Positions 40,737-50,290 of a DNA stretch of 64,000 bases are shown piece after piece. This DNA comes from Bacteroidota bacterium (GTDB lineage Bacteria > Bacteroidota > Ignavibacteria > UBA10030 > UBA8401). The position numbers and the translations under genes were made by a program. The DNA is taken from contig JAQCAB010000001.1 in the NCBI GenBank assembly GCA_027622375.1, positions 115,317 to 179,316 on the forward strand, given 5' to 3'. The notes beneath the pieces were generated by a model, which ran no database searches, was not told the DNA's origin, and saw nothing but the letters and a program-made list of their open reading frames with translations. The stretch's first letter is position 1. Each line of letters starts with the position of its first letter.

Positions 40737-42139
40737 TATTTTTTATCCATCGAATAAATTAATTTTTTAAAAACTTGACCGCGTTCTTCATAATCATTAA
40801 ACCAATCAAAAGATGCACACGCTGGTGAAAGTAAAATTGTGTTTCCCTTTTCAGAAATTTCAACGGCTTTATCCAAAACTTTATGCATTGATAAAATATT
40901 TGGTTTATCATTACCAATAGTTTCAATTAAAATTGTTTTAACGATTTTAGAAAAATGTTTTTCTATTTTTTCTTTGGAGTCACCAAAAGCAATTATTGAG
41001 CGAACTTTATTTTTTACAATTTCATTTATAGCTGAATAATCATTCCCTTTATCTTTTCCACCTAAGAGAAGAATAATTGGTTCATTAATTGTTTCAAGTG
41101 CCGATCGCAAACTATCAACCGTTGTTGCTTTAGAATCGTTCACAAATTTTACATCATTAATTTTTGCAACAAATTCTTGACGATGTTCAACGCCTTTAAA
41201 ATTCCTCAAAGTTGCTCTTAAAGAAGCAAGATTAACTCCAAGTGACATTGCAACAAGTGTTGATGCCATTGCATTTTTTAGATTATGCTCTCCCTTTATG
41301 CTGATTTCGTGAATGTTGATTACTTCGCTTAATTGACCATTCATTGATACAATTAATTTTTCACCATCAATAAATGCGCCATCAGTTCCCAAAGGTTTTT
41401 TGGATTTTGTGGAAAAGAAAATCTTTTTTGGAGTTGAATTTGAAATAATTTTTTTTGTCCACTCATCTTCATAATTATAAATTAGCAAATCATTTAAAGT
41501 TTGATTTTTTAAAATTCTTTTTTTGGAATTCGCATAAAGCTCCATAGAATTTTTATATCTATCTAAGTGATTTGGTGTAACATTTGTAATTACACTTATT
41601 GATGGATGAAATGTGTGGCAAAAATCAAGTTGAAAGCTACTTACCTCCAGAAGAATAATATCTTTCGGAACCAAATCCATAACAAATGATGAGAATGCCT
41701 TACCAATGTTACCCGCAGTAATGTATTTTTTCTTTGCATCGCTTAACATCCTTTCTATTAAAGTTACTGTTGTAGTTTTGCCAGACGACCCGGTTACTGC
41801 AATAATTTGATTATCGCAAAACCAGCTGGCTATTTCAATTTCGCTAACAACCGGAATATTTCTGGTTATCACTTCCAAAATAAAATTTGAATCTGGTGGA
41901 ACTCCGGGACTTATAACAACTAAGTTTGCATCAAAAGCTAAGCTAGAATGTTCGCCAACTTCAAATTGAATATTTAATTTTTTGAGCTCCGATAAATTTT
42001 TTTCAGTTGATTGGTTTTTATTATTATCAGTAACAAAAACTTTTGCACCTTTTTGCGCAAGTAATTTAGCAACAGCAATTCCGCTACGCGCTATGCCAAC
42101 TACTGTAATTTTTTTACCAATAATATTTTTATCCATCAA
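40736..42139 (-). CDS. murD: UDP-N-acetylmuramoylalanine--D-glutamate ligase
   Basis: It has the Mur ligase P-loop GSSGKTTT and the MurD N-terminal Rossmann segment (VVGIARSGIAVAKLL). Confidence 0.9.
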   Translation of the reverse strand: MMDKNIIGKKITVVGIARSGIAVAKLLAQKGAKVFVTDNNKNQSTEKNLSELKKLNIQFEVGEHSSLAFDANLVVISPGVPPDSNFILEVITRNIPVVSEIEIASWFCDNQIIAVTGSSGKTTTVTLIERMLSDAKKKYITAGNIGKAFSSFVMDLVPKDIILLEVSSFQLDFCHTFHPSISVITNVTPNHLDRYKNSMELYANSKKRILKNQTLNDLLIYNYEDEWTKKIISNSTPKKIFFSTKSKKPLGTDGAFIDGEKLIVSMNGQLSEVINIHEISIKGEHNLKNAMASTLVAMSLGVNLASLRATLRNFKGVEHRQEFVAKINDVKFVNDSKATTVDSLRSALETINEPIILLLGGKDKGNDYSAINEIVKNKVRSIIAFGDSKEKIEKHFSKIVKTILIETIGNDKPNILSMHKVLDKAVEISEKGNTILLSPACASFDWFNDYEERGQVFKKLIYSMDKK

Positions 42140-43251
42140 CGCACTTTAAAAGTTGTTAAACTTATTATCATTAATAGAATTGCAATTATGTAAAACCTCG
42201 TAACAATTTTTGGTTCTGGAATTCCTTTTAATTCAAAATGATGATGAAGTGGCGCCATCAAAAATATTCTTTTTCCTTCGCCATACTTCTTTTTTGTGTA
42301 TTTAAAATAAACTCGCTGGATAATTACAGAAACAGTTTCAATAAAAAATATTCCACCTAAAATTGGCAGAATAAATTCTTTTTTAACCATAATAGTTAAA
42401 GCTCCCAATGCGCCACCGAGCGCTAATGAACCTGTATCTCCCATAAAAACTTGCGCGGGATAAGAATTAAACCATAAAAATCCCATTGCAGCTCCAACAA
42501 GTGCTGCACAAAATATTGCAAGCTCGCCATTACCTCGCAAGAAAATTATATTTAAATAATTACTTAATTCGTAGTTACCTGAGATATAACTAATTACACC
42601 AAGAGTTAATCCAACAATTCCAACCGTCCCTATTGCAAGTCCATCAAGTCCATCAGTTAAATTGACAGCATTTGATGTTGCAATAATTACAAATACAACC
42701 ATCGGTACATAAAAAATTGAAAGATCAAAATTAAAATCTTTTACAAAAGGAACAGTTGTTAATGTAGCAGCATTTATTGAAGTGACTTCAGTTGCATTCA
42801 TCAAAATCACTCCAAATAAAATTCCAATTGTGAATTGCCCAATAATTTTATACCAACCAATTAATCCTTTTGGTTTTTTCTTAATTACTTTTAAATAGTC
42901 GTCCAAAAATCCAACGATGCCCAAACCGATCGTTACAAATAAAATTAATTGCACATAAATATTTTGAAGATTCGACCACAAAATTGTTGGCGTTAATAAC
43001 GCGCCCAAAACAATCAATCCACCCATTGTTGGTGTGCCAGCTTTATTTAGATGAGTTTTTGGAGCTTCAACTTTTGCCGACTCTCCAATTTGAAATTTTT
43101 TAAGAAGTGAAATTATTTTTGGTCCCAACCAAAAACTAATTAACAAAGCTGTAATTGCTGCAGCTGCTGCACGAAAAGTTAAATATCTAACAACTCCAAA
43201 ACCTGGAGGAGAATACAAATTTTCAATCCAAGTAAAAAAGTGATACAGCAT
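42136..43251 (-). CDS. mraY: Phospho-N-acetylmuramoyl-pentapeptide transferase
   Basis: The MraY motifs NAVNLTDGLDGLA and MGDTGSLALGG are present. I take the start at the internal ATG (MLYHFF...), 1 bp after the murF stop. The ORF-track start at 43281 would overlap murF. Confidence 0.9.
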   Translation of the reverse strand: MLYHFFTWIENLYSPPGFGVVRYLTFRAAAAAITALLISFWLGPKIISLLKKFQIGESAKVEAPKTHLNKAGTPTMGGLIVLGALLTPTILWSNLQNIYVQLILFVTIGLGIVGFLDDYLKVIKKKPKGLIGWYKIIGQFTIGILFGVILMNATEVTSINAATLTTVPFVKDFNFDLSIFYVPMVVFVIIATSNAVNLTDGLDGLAIGTVGIVGLTLGVISYISGNYELSNYLNIIFLRGNGELAIFCAALVGAAMGFLWFNSYPAQVFMGDTGSLALGGALGALTIMVKKEFILPILGGIFFIETVSVIIQRVYFKYTKKKYGEGKRIFLMAPLHHHFELKGIPEPKIVTRFYIIAILLMIISLTTFKVR

Positions 43252-43252
43252 T

Positions 43253-44638
43253 CTATCCAACCTCCTGCAAGTGGTCAACAATTTCTTCCATTTTCATTCC
43301 GCGCGATCCTTTAACCAAAACAACATCTCCTCTGTCAACAATATTTGTTAGCATATCTTTTAAATCATTTTTAGAATCAAAGTGATGGTTGTTTTCTAAT
43401 TTTGCACTTTTGCTAATTAATTGTGCCATCAATCCATAAGTAAATAAATGTTTAAACTTCATAGATTTTATTTTTTTACCAATTAACTTATGTTCCGATT
43501 TTGAAGCGCTACCCAATTCCAACATATCTGCCATGACAATTATTTTTTTTCCAGGAGCGTCAATATTTTTTAAAGTTTCGAGCGCGACTAAAACGGAATC
43601 TGGATTTGAATTATAAGTATCATTAATTACAAGTAAACCATGACGATGAATTACTTCCATTCTTTTTGCTGGAGAAGAAAACATTGAAAGCCCAAAAGAA
43701 ATTTTTTCTGGAGGAACTTTAAATAAAATTCCGAACGCTCCTGCAACTAATGCATTTGAAACATTATGCAAACCGGGAACAGTAAGTGATACAGGGATTT
43801 TAATTCTTTTGGATTTTATTATAAATGAAGTTTCTCCTCTTTTATTAATATTAATTTTAGTTGCGTAAAAATCGCTCGTCTTTTTAATTGAATAAAAATA
43901 TTTTTTTCTATTTGATCTTGAGGATTTAACTAAAAACGAATCATCATGATTTACAATTATCATTCCATTTTCTCTTAAATATTTATAGATAGTGGTTTCC
44001 TCTTTTGCAACACCATCTAAATCACCAAAAAATTCAAGATGCTCTTTGCCGATATTTGTAATTATGCCATAATTTGGTTCTGCAATTTTACATAAGTAAC
44101 CAATTTCGCCGAAATGATTTGTCCCCAATTCAAGCACTGCCATCTCAATCCCTTTTCTTAATTTAAATAACATGTGTGGCATGCCAATATTATTATTTAG
44201 ATTTCCCTGCGTTGCTAAAACGTTATATTTAGTTTGCAAAACAGAATTAATCATATCTTTAGTTGTAGTTTTTCCGTTGCTACCTGCAACAACAATTATT
44301 GGAATGTCAAATTTTCGGCGATATAAATTTGCAAGTTCACCAAGAGTATCAATTGTATTTGGAACAATTACAAAAGTAATTGTAGAACTTTTTACATTAA
44401 ATACATTCAATTTGTACCACTCAGTATCTGCGACGATTACAGTTACTTTAGAATTTTTTGCAGTTTCAATAAAAGTATGCCCGTCGTGATGTTCGCCTCG
44501 AATTGCAAAGAAAATATTTCCTTCGTGAACAGTTCTTGAATCTGTAGAAACACCTGAAATTTTTTGCAAACGAAAATATTTTTCGTTAAACAAAATTGAA
44601 TTAGAAAGTGATTTTAAATCTTTTATACTAAGATTCAT
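43253..44638 (-). CDS. murF: UDP-MurNAc-tripeptide--D-alanyl-D-alanine ligase
   Basis: It has the Mur ligase P-loop GSNGKTTTKDM and a MurF-type N-terminus. Confidence 0.9.
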   Translation of the reverse strand: MNLSIKDLKSLSNSILFNEKYFRLQKISGVSTDSRTVHEGNIFFAIRGEHHDGHTFIETAKNSKVTVIVADTEWYKLNVFNVKSSTITFVIVPNTIDTLGELANLYRRKFDIPIIVVAGSNGKTTTKDMINSVLQTKYNVLATQGNLNNNIGMPHMLFKLRKGIEMAVLELGTNHFGEIGYLCKIAEPNYGIITNIGKEHLEFFGDLDGVAKEETTIYKYLRENGMIIVNHDDSFLVKSSRSNRKKYFYSIKKTSDFYATKININKRGETSFIIKSKRIKIPVSLTVPGLHNVSNALVAGAFGILFKVPPEKISFGLSMFSSPAKRMEVIHRHGLLVINDTYNSNPDSVLVALETLKNIDAPGKKIIVMADMLELGSASKSEHKLIGKKIKSMKFKHLFTYGLMAQLISKSAKLENNHHFDSKNDLKDMLTNIVDRGDVVLVKGSRGMKMEEIVDHLQEVG

Positions 44639-46145
44639 ATTTTTTTATAAACTCCTCAATTTCTTCTTGGTCACTCAAATGAATTTTAGAATTTCCAATT
44701 ACTTGATAATCTTCATGCCCTTTACCAGCAACAACTACTATGTCACCATCTACTGCTTGCATGAGAGCTTTTTTAATTGCTGACTTTCTATCGGGTTCAA
44801 TAATTGTTAATTTATTTTTTTTCATTCCGTTTAAAATATCTTCAATAATTTTTTCTGGGTTTTCTGTTCGTGGATTATCTGAAGTTATCACAACTACATC
44901 ACTCAGCTCTTCAGCAATTGAACCCATTATTGGTCTTTTTGTTTTATCGCGATCACCGCCAGCTCCAAAAAGTGTAATTATTTTTTTTTCTTTTTTTACA
45001 AGTGGTCTAACTGTTTCTAAACATTTTTTTAATGCATCTGGTGTGTGCGCATAATCTACAACAGCAATCCAATTTTTTGGAGATTTAATTTGATGCAATC
45101 TGCCGGGAGCTGGTTTTAAATTTTGGAAAGCCGATTGAATGTTATTCCAACTAATCCCCATTGAATAAAGTGTAGAATATGCAGCTAATAAATTTTCTAA
45201 ATTAAATTCTCCTAAAAGTGAAGTTGAAACTGATTTTGAATTTGGACTATGATTATTAATTATTGTTGAAATCCCCTTCGAAGAAAAAATATTTTGATTT
45301 GCCCAAATATCACTTTGTTTTTGTCTGCTGTATTTTATAATCTTAGCTTTTGTATCTTTAATAATATCATCACAATAAATAGAATCAGAGTTTACAATTG
45401 CAATTGAATCTGTTTTTAAATTATCAAACAATATTTTTTTAGATTTTAAATACTCATCCATTGTTACGTGATAATCCAAATGATCTTGAGTTAAGTTTGT
45501 AAAAACAGCGGTGCTAAAATTAATTCCATTAACTCTGTGTTGATGCAAAGCATGAGAGGAAACTTCCATCACAACGTGTGTACATTTATTATTTAGCATT
45601 TGGGAAAAAAGTTCCTGCAAATCAATTGATTCTGGAGTTGTATGTATAGCAGAAAAACTTTTAACACCATCGTAATATTGGATTGTGCCAATTAATCCAA
45701 CTTTAACATTTTCAATATTACTTTGCTCGAGCAATTGTTTTATTAAATATGTTGTTGTTGTTTTTCCGTTTGTACCAGTAACTCCAATTACTTTTAACTT
45801 TTGAGTTGGGTTCTCAAAATAATTATTTGCCATTTGTGCAAGTGTAATTCGACTATTACTTACAACCAGTTTTGCAACTCCCAGGTGCATGCAAAGTGCA
45901 TCTGGCAAACTTGATTCATCCTCAACAACTACAACACGTGCACCTTTTGAAACTGCTTCGCCAATAAATTTATGTCCATCAAAACTCATCCCCTTTATTG
46001 CAACAAACAAATCACTTTTATCTACTTTTTTTGAATTGTATTGTACTTTGCTGATATGAATATCATCTTTAATAATTGTTTGGCCATAGACGGTATTATA
46101 CAGTTTTATGATTTTAACATCCCGTATAAGTTCGCCTAATTTCAT
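44628..46145 (-). CDS. murE: UDP-MurNAc-L-Ala-D-Glu--2,6-diaminopimelate (or L-Lys) ligase
   Basis: GVTGTNGKTTTTYL and the MurE C-terminal motifs are present. It overlaps murF by 11 bp. Confidence 0.9.
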   Translation of the reverse strand: MKLGELIRDVKIIKLYNTVYGQTIIKDDIHISKVQYNSKKVDKSDLFVAIKGMSFDGHKFIGEAVSKGARVVVVEDESSLPDALCMHLGVAKLVVSNSRITLAQMANNYFENPTQKLKVIGVTGTNGKTTTTYLIKQLLEQSNIENVKVGLIGTIQYYDGVKSFSAIHTTPESIDLQELFSQMLNNKCTHVVMEVSSHALHQHRVNGINFSTAVFTNLTQDHLDYHVTMDEYLKSKKILFDNLKTDSIAIVNSDSIYCDDIIKDTKAKIIKYSRQKQSDIWANQNIFSSKGISTIINNHSPNSKSVSTSLLGEFNLENLLAAYSTLYSMGISWNNIQSAFQNLKPAPGRLHQIKSPKNWIAVVDYAHTPDALKKCLETVRPLVKKEKKIITLFGAGGDRDKTKRPIMGSIAEELSDVVVITSDNPRTENPEKIIEDILNGMKKNKLTIIEPDRKSAIKKALMQAVDGDIVVVAGKGHEDYQVIGNSKIHLSDQEEIEEFIKKYES

Positions 46146-46147
46146 AA

Positions 46148-48187
46148 TTAATTTTTAAGAGATAAGTTTTTAAAATTATTTGAATTGAATACTGCAACAT
46201 TGTTTGTACATCCAAGAGTAATTGTACTACCTTTTGTAACTTCACTACCTGCAATTGGATTTTGATTTACAACAATTCCTGTGCCTGAAAATTTTGCAGT
46301 TAAATTATTAGACTTTAAAATTGAAATTGCTTTTCGCAAAGTTAAACCACATACATTTGGAAGAAATACATTGTTTGTTTCTGTTGACGGATTTATAATT
46401 TTATTTTCATATATATTTTTTGTGGAAATATTATTTTTAGATTTTTGTTCAAATTTATTTTCTGCAATTTGAAATTTACTTTGATTAAAAAATCCTTTGT
46501 TGCGATGCAATTGCTCGGCGATACCTCTAAAAATAATTGCACTTGTTGTTCCTCCGTAATATTCTCCTTTAGGATTTTCTAGAAGTACAACGCAAACAAT
46601 TTCAGGATCATCTGCGGGATAAAATCCTGCGAATAAAGCATTGTAAAATCCTTTTTTATATTCACCATCAACAAACTTTCGTGCTGTACCAGTTTTTCCA
46701 GCAATTGGTAAATCAGTTAATTTGGTTCCACTCCCGGTTCCTTCATCAACAACTTTTTTTAACATTTCTTTTAAAGTTTCAGCAACATCAGCAGAAATTA
46801 CTCTTCTAATTAATTTTGTTTCATTCGATTCAATTATTTCACCTTCTTCATTTTTAACATTTTTAATTATGAATGGTTTTAAAAGTAATCCACCATTCGC
46901 AATTACTGAATATGCCATTGCAAGTTGTAATGGAGTTGAATTAAGTTCATATCCAAATGACATATTATTTAAGGTTGTAATTGACCACGAAAATGGTTTT
47001 TTAAGTTCGCCTGATGCTTCGTTTGGAATTTCAACATTTGTGGGGAAACCAAATCCAAAACTTCGTGCGTGAGTATAAAGTTGTTCAGCTCCAATTACAT
47101 TGCTAATTTTTGCCATAACAATGTTGCTTGAATTTGTCAACGCATCAGTTACAGTTACATCGCCTTTCAAGGGATGTGAGTCTTCAATTATTCTAGATTT
47201 TTTATTATTAAGTTGAACGACATATTTTCCATTTTCTGCAAAAAACTTTTGTTCGGGAGTTATAGAATTATTTGTTAGTCCTGCTGAAACTGTAATCACT
47301 TTAAATAAAGATCCTGGCTCGTATAATTCTGTTACTGATCTATTTTTGAGAGCTTCTTGCTCAAATACTCTAGTTACACTTGGATCAAAAGTTGGATAAT
47401 TAGCATTTGCTAAAATTTCTCCAGTTTTTGGATTTACCATTATTACACAACCTGCATCAGCCTGCGTACGATCGATTCCCTTTTTTAATTCTTCTTCCGC
47501 TATTGTTTGATATTCGAGATCAAGTGTAAGTTGTAATGAATTTCCATTTTTTGGTTCTTGTCTTGGATAATCAATTGAAACATAAGTTTTACCAAGCCCA
47601 TCACGCTGAAGTATAACAAATCCTGAATCACCACTTAAAATTTTATTGTATTGATATTCAATTCCACTTTTACCAATATTTTCAAAATTTGTAATCCCAA
47701 TTGTTTGGACAGCAGTACCGCCATTAAAAAATAAACGCCTAGGTGTATTTACTGGAATTATTCCTGGTAATTTTTTTTGGATAATTTTTTCAGCAACTAC
47801 TGGGGGAATATTTTTTTCGAGCCAGATAAACTTCTTTTTTGATGATAATTTATTTTTATAATGATTTATTGGTTTATTAAATACTTGCGAAAATATTCTT
47901 GATGTTGAAGTTAAATTGTTTTTTGCAATTGATGGATCGGCTGCAAGTGATATTAAAACTGAATTTGAAACAAGTAAATTATTTTTTCTATCAAAAATTA
48001 ATCCACGGGCTGGTGGCAATGGAACATAATTTTGATATTGAAGTCGTGCGAGTTCTGTATATTTCGGAGAATCAATTATTTGTATTTGAACTAGCCGAAT
48101 TATTGTCAACAAAAATAAAAGTGAAATAGAAACAACTATTAATACAACTCTTATTCCACGGTTTTCGATTGAGGAATTTTTTCTCAT
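46148..48187 (-). CDS. ftsI: Peptidoglycan D,D-transpeptidase FtsI (class B PBP) with a C-terminal PASTA domain
   Basis: It has an N-terminal TM helix, a dimerisation domain and the transpeptidase motifs SLFK (STFK-type), SNS and KTGT. The last ~65 aa (NVCGLTLRKAISILKSNNLTAKFSGTGIVVNQNPIAGSEVTKGSTITL) match the PASTA fold. Confidence 0.85.
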   Translation of the reverse strand: MRKNSSIENRGIRVVLIVVSISLLFLLTIIRLVQIQIIDSPKYTELARLQYQNYVPLPPARGLIFDRKNNLLVSNSVLISLAADPSIAKNNLTSTSRIFSQVFNKPINHYKNKLSSKKKFIWLEKNIPPVVAEKIIQKKLPGIIPVNTPRRLFFNGGTAVQTIGITNFENIGKSGIEYQYNKILSGDSGFVILQRDGLGKTYVSIDYPRQEPKNGNSLQLTLDLEYQTIAEEELKKGIDRTQADAGCVIMVNPKTGEILANANYPTFDPSVTRVFEQEALKNRSVTELYEPGSLFKVITVSAGLTNNSITPEQKFFAENGKYVVQLNNKKSRIIEDSHPLKGDVTVTDALTNSSNIVMAKISNVIGAEQLYTHARSFGFGFPTNVEIPNEASGELKKPFSWSITTLNNMSFGYELNSTPLQLAMAYSVIANGGLLLKPFIIKNVKNEEGEIIESNETKLIRRVISADVAETLKEMLKKVVDEGTGSGTKLTDLPIAGKTGTARKFVDGEYKKGFYNALFAGFYPADDPEIVCVVLLENPKGEYYGGTTSAIIFRGIAEQLHRNKGFFNQSKFQIAENKFEQKSKNNISTKNIYENKIINPSTETNNVFLPNVCGLTLRKAISILKSNNLTAKFSGTGIVVNQNPIAGSEVTKGSTITLGCTNNVAVFNSNNFKNLSLKN

Positions 48188-48190
48188 TTT

Positions 48191-48607
48191 TTATTTTTTT
48201 AATTCCTTAAGTTTATTTCGATCGATTGAAAACCAATTTGGCGATGAATTTGGATTTGACATTTGCAATAGATTTGAAGCAACAACCGAAATTTTTTCGA
48301 TGCTAGATTTTCGGTTTATTTCCGCCTGTAAAAGCTGATTAATATTTCGATTTTTTTTATGAGTTGTCTTTAACTCGCCAACTTCTTTTGCCAAACTTTC
48401 AACCTTAATAACATTACCTATATAAAGTAATGCAGTGACTGCAAAAACAAACATCCAACTCACAATATTAAATGTAGAATGTTTGCGTTTATAAACCGGT
48501 CGATTTTTTGATTCGGAATTTTCATCACTAATTTTTTCAACTTTCGAATTATGTTCGCTATAAACATATCGTCGATCATCCAAAATATTTTGATTACTAT
48601 TTGCCAT
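48191..48607 (-). CDS. ftsL: FtsL-like cell division protein
   Basis: It has a single TM helix (IVSWMFVFAVTALLYI) followed by a coiled-coil segment. Its position is between rsmH and ftsI. Confidence 0.5.
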   Translation of the reverse strand: MANSNQNILDDRRYVYSEHNSKVEKISDENSESKNRPVYKRKHSTFNIVSWMFVFAVTALLYIGNVIKVESLAKEVGELKTTHKKNRNINQLLQAEINRKSSIEKISVVASNLLQMSNPNSSPNWFSIDRNKLKELKK

Positions 48608-49599
48608 TAATTTTTTTCTGCAATTCTTAGTTTTGCACTACGCGAACGTTTGTTATTTTTTACTTCTTCTTCCGATGGAATAATTGGTTTTTTAGTTAAT
48701 AAATTAAAAATTGGTTCAATTATTTTATTTGGAATTAATTTATGAGATGATCTTTCATAATTTTTAGAGTTGTTCACAAAAAATTGTTTTACAATTCTAT
48801 CTTCCAATGAGTGATAGGAAATTATTGCAATTCTTGATTTTGGAAGTAAAATATTTTTTGAGAATTCAAGTAAGTTAATTAACTCATCTAATTCTTTATT
48901 TACTTCAATTCTAATTGCTTGAAAAATTCTGGAAATACATTTGATTAAATGTTTGCCTTTGTAACATTTTTCAATAACACTAATTAAATCATTTACTTTT
49001 TCAATTTTAGAAATACTTCTTGTTTCAAATATTTTTCTTGCAATTCTTTTTGAAAATGGTTCTTCGCCATATTTAAAAAATATCTCAACAAGTTTTTCTT
49101 GGCTGTAATTATTAACTATATCTTTAGCGTTTATTGGTTGAGATTTATCCATTCTCATATCTAATTCTGATTGATGTAAATATGAAAATCCCCTTTCACT
49201 TGACTCAATTTGAAAAGACGAAACACCCAAATCTGCAACAACTCCATTTACTTTCGAAATATTATTTTCATTTAAAACATTAACAATATTTTGAAATTTA
49301 CTTTTCACAATAATTAATTGCCCTTTATTAATCCAATAAACAAATTCTGTTTTAACAAATTTAATTGCATCTTCATCTCGATCGATTGCAATAACTTTTC
49401 CATTTTGTGAAAGTTGTTTAAGTATCTCGTTTGTATGACCACCACCACCGAGAGTGCAATCAACATAAATTCCGTTTTTATCTGTGATGAGATTTGAAAT
49501 AGTTTCTCTAAGCAAAACTGGTTTATGATAAATTGTAGTTTTATTTTCCACATTAAGAAAATCAATAGAATTATTTTTTAAAAACTTGCGCAGCAACAT
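48607..49599 (-). CDS. rsmH: 16S rRNA (cytosine1402-N4)-methyltransferase
   Basis: The motifs YHKPVLL and IYVDCTLGGGGH are present. I chose the internal Met start, which overlaps mraZ by 29 bp. The longest ORF would overlap by 92 bp. Confidence 0.85.
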   Translation of the reverse strand: MLLRKFLKNNSIDFLNVENKTTIYHKPVLLRETISNLITDKNGIYVDCTLGGGGHTNEILKQLSQNGKVIAIDRDEDAIKFVKTEFVYWINKGQLIIVKSKFQNIVNVLNENNISKVNGVVADLGVSSFQIESSERGFSYLHQSELDMRMDKSQPINAKDIVNNYSQEKLVEIFFKYGEEPFSKRIARKIFETRSISKIEKVNDLISVIEKCYKGKHLIKCISRIFQAIRIEVNKELDELINLLEFSKNILLPKSRIAIISYHSLEDRIVKQFFVNNSKNYERSSHKLIPNKIIEPIFNLLTKKPIIPSEEEVKNNKRSRSAKLRIAEKN

Positions 49600-50014
49600 C
49601 TTCGTAACTTTGTTGCTGTTTTTGTTTATATGTATCGAATAACTTGGGATTCCAAACTTCAATTCTATCTAACACCCCAATTATTTTTACATCTGTTGTA
49701 ATATGTGCGAACTGTAGCAACTCTTTTGGAATTACAATTCTAGATTGTTTATCAAGAGTAGATTCTGTTGCCCATTCAAGTAAAGTCCGGGCAATAAATC
49801 TATGTTGCGGATCTGCTGAAATTAAATTTCGGATTGATTCTTCAACTTTTATCCATTCATCATGTGGGTACAAAAATAAACATTCTTCGTAACCACGTGT
49901 GATTATAAACATTTCGTTTGCATTTGGCGAAATGTTTTTCTTCATGCGCGCAGGGATATTAATTCTCCCTTTTGCGTCTACAGCATATGTATACGATCCA
50001 ATAAACGATGACAT
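49571..50014 (-). CDS. mraZ: Transcriptional regulator MraZ
   Basis: It is 147 aa with a duplicated SpoVT/AbrB-like domain (DAKGRINIPARMKK ... DKQSRIVIPKEL). It is the first gene of the dcw cluster. Confidence 0.85.
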   Translation of the reverse strand: MSSFIGSYTYAVDAKGRINIPARMKKNISPNANEMFIITRGYEECLFLYPHDEWIKVEESIRNLISADPQHRFIARTLLEWATESTLDKQSRIVIPKELLQFAHITTDVKIIGVLDRIEVWNPKLFDTYKQKQQQSYEDVAAQVFKK

Positions 50015-50056
50015 TTTTTTCTTTTCTCCAATAGTGTTTTTTTCTTCATCCGCAAC

Positions 50057-50074
50057 TACCCACTCTTACCCACT
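50057..50074 (-). promoter_or_regulatory. Putative MraZ-box: two GTGGG-containing direct repeats (AGTGGGTA x2, 10-bp period) 43-60 bp upstream of the mraZ ATG
   Basis: The plus strand reads TACCCACT ct TACCCACT, which is an exact 8-mer repeat at 50057-50064 and 50067-50074. Read on the mraZ strand it is AGTGGGTA-ag-AGTGGGTA. This resembles known MraZ operator repeats (GTGGG-type direct repeats with helical-turn spacing). Confidence 0.45.
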
Positions 50075-50243
50075 ATTTCGCCTAAAGTACGGAATATTGT
50101 TATAAAGTCAAGTTAAAATTAGGAATAATTGAATTCCCCAGATTTCTGAAAACTATTTGTTTTCATTAATATTTTATTCGATCAATGATGTATTAATAAA
50201 TAAAAGATTTTTTGATTAATTAAATTTTATTAATACTCTGATT

Positions 50244-50281
50244 TTTGTTTGACTATTTGTCAGTATAGGTGTTATTTTTGT
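50244..50281 (+). promoter_or_regulatory. Candidate Bacteroidota-type sigma-A promoter for miaB (TTTG ... TAtttTTG)
   Basis: A TTTG at 50244-50251 and TATTTTTG at 50273-50280 match the FCB-group -33/-7 consensus, about 10 nt before the miaB ATG. This is inferred by eye only. Confidence 0.2.
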
Positions 50282-50290
50282 TTTCTAATT

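Noticed and set aside
44981-44997. Homopolymeric tracts (T9-c-T7 inside murE; A9 at 22741-22749 in the DegT gene; T8 near 36895 in murC) as possible phase-variation switches
   Set aside because: The genome is extremely AT-rich, so A/T runs of 7-10 are expected by composition. These sit in essential cell-wall genes where slipped-strand switching is implausible.
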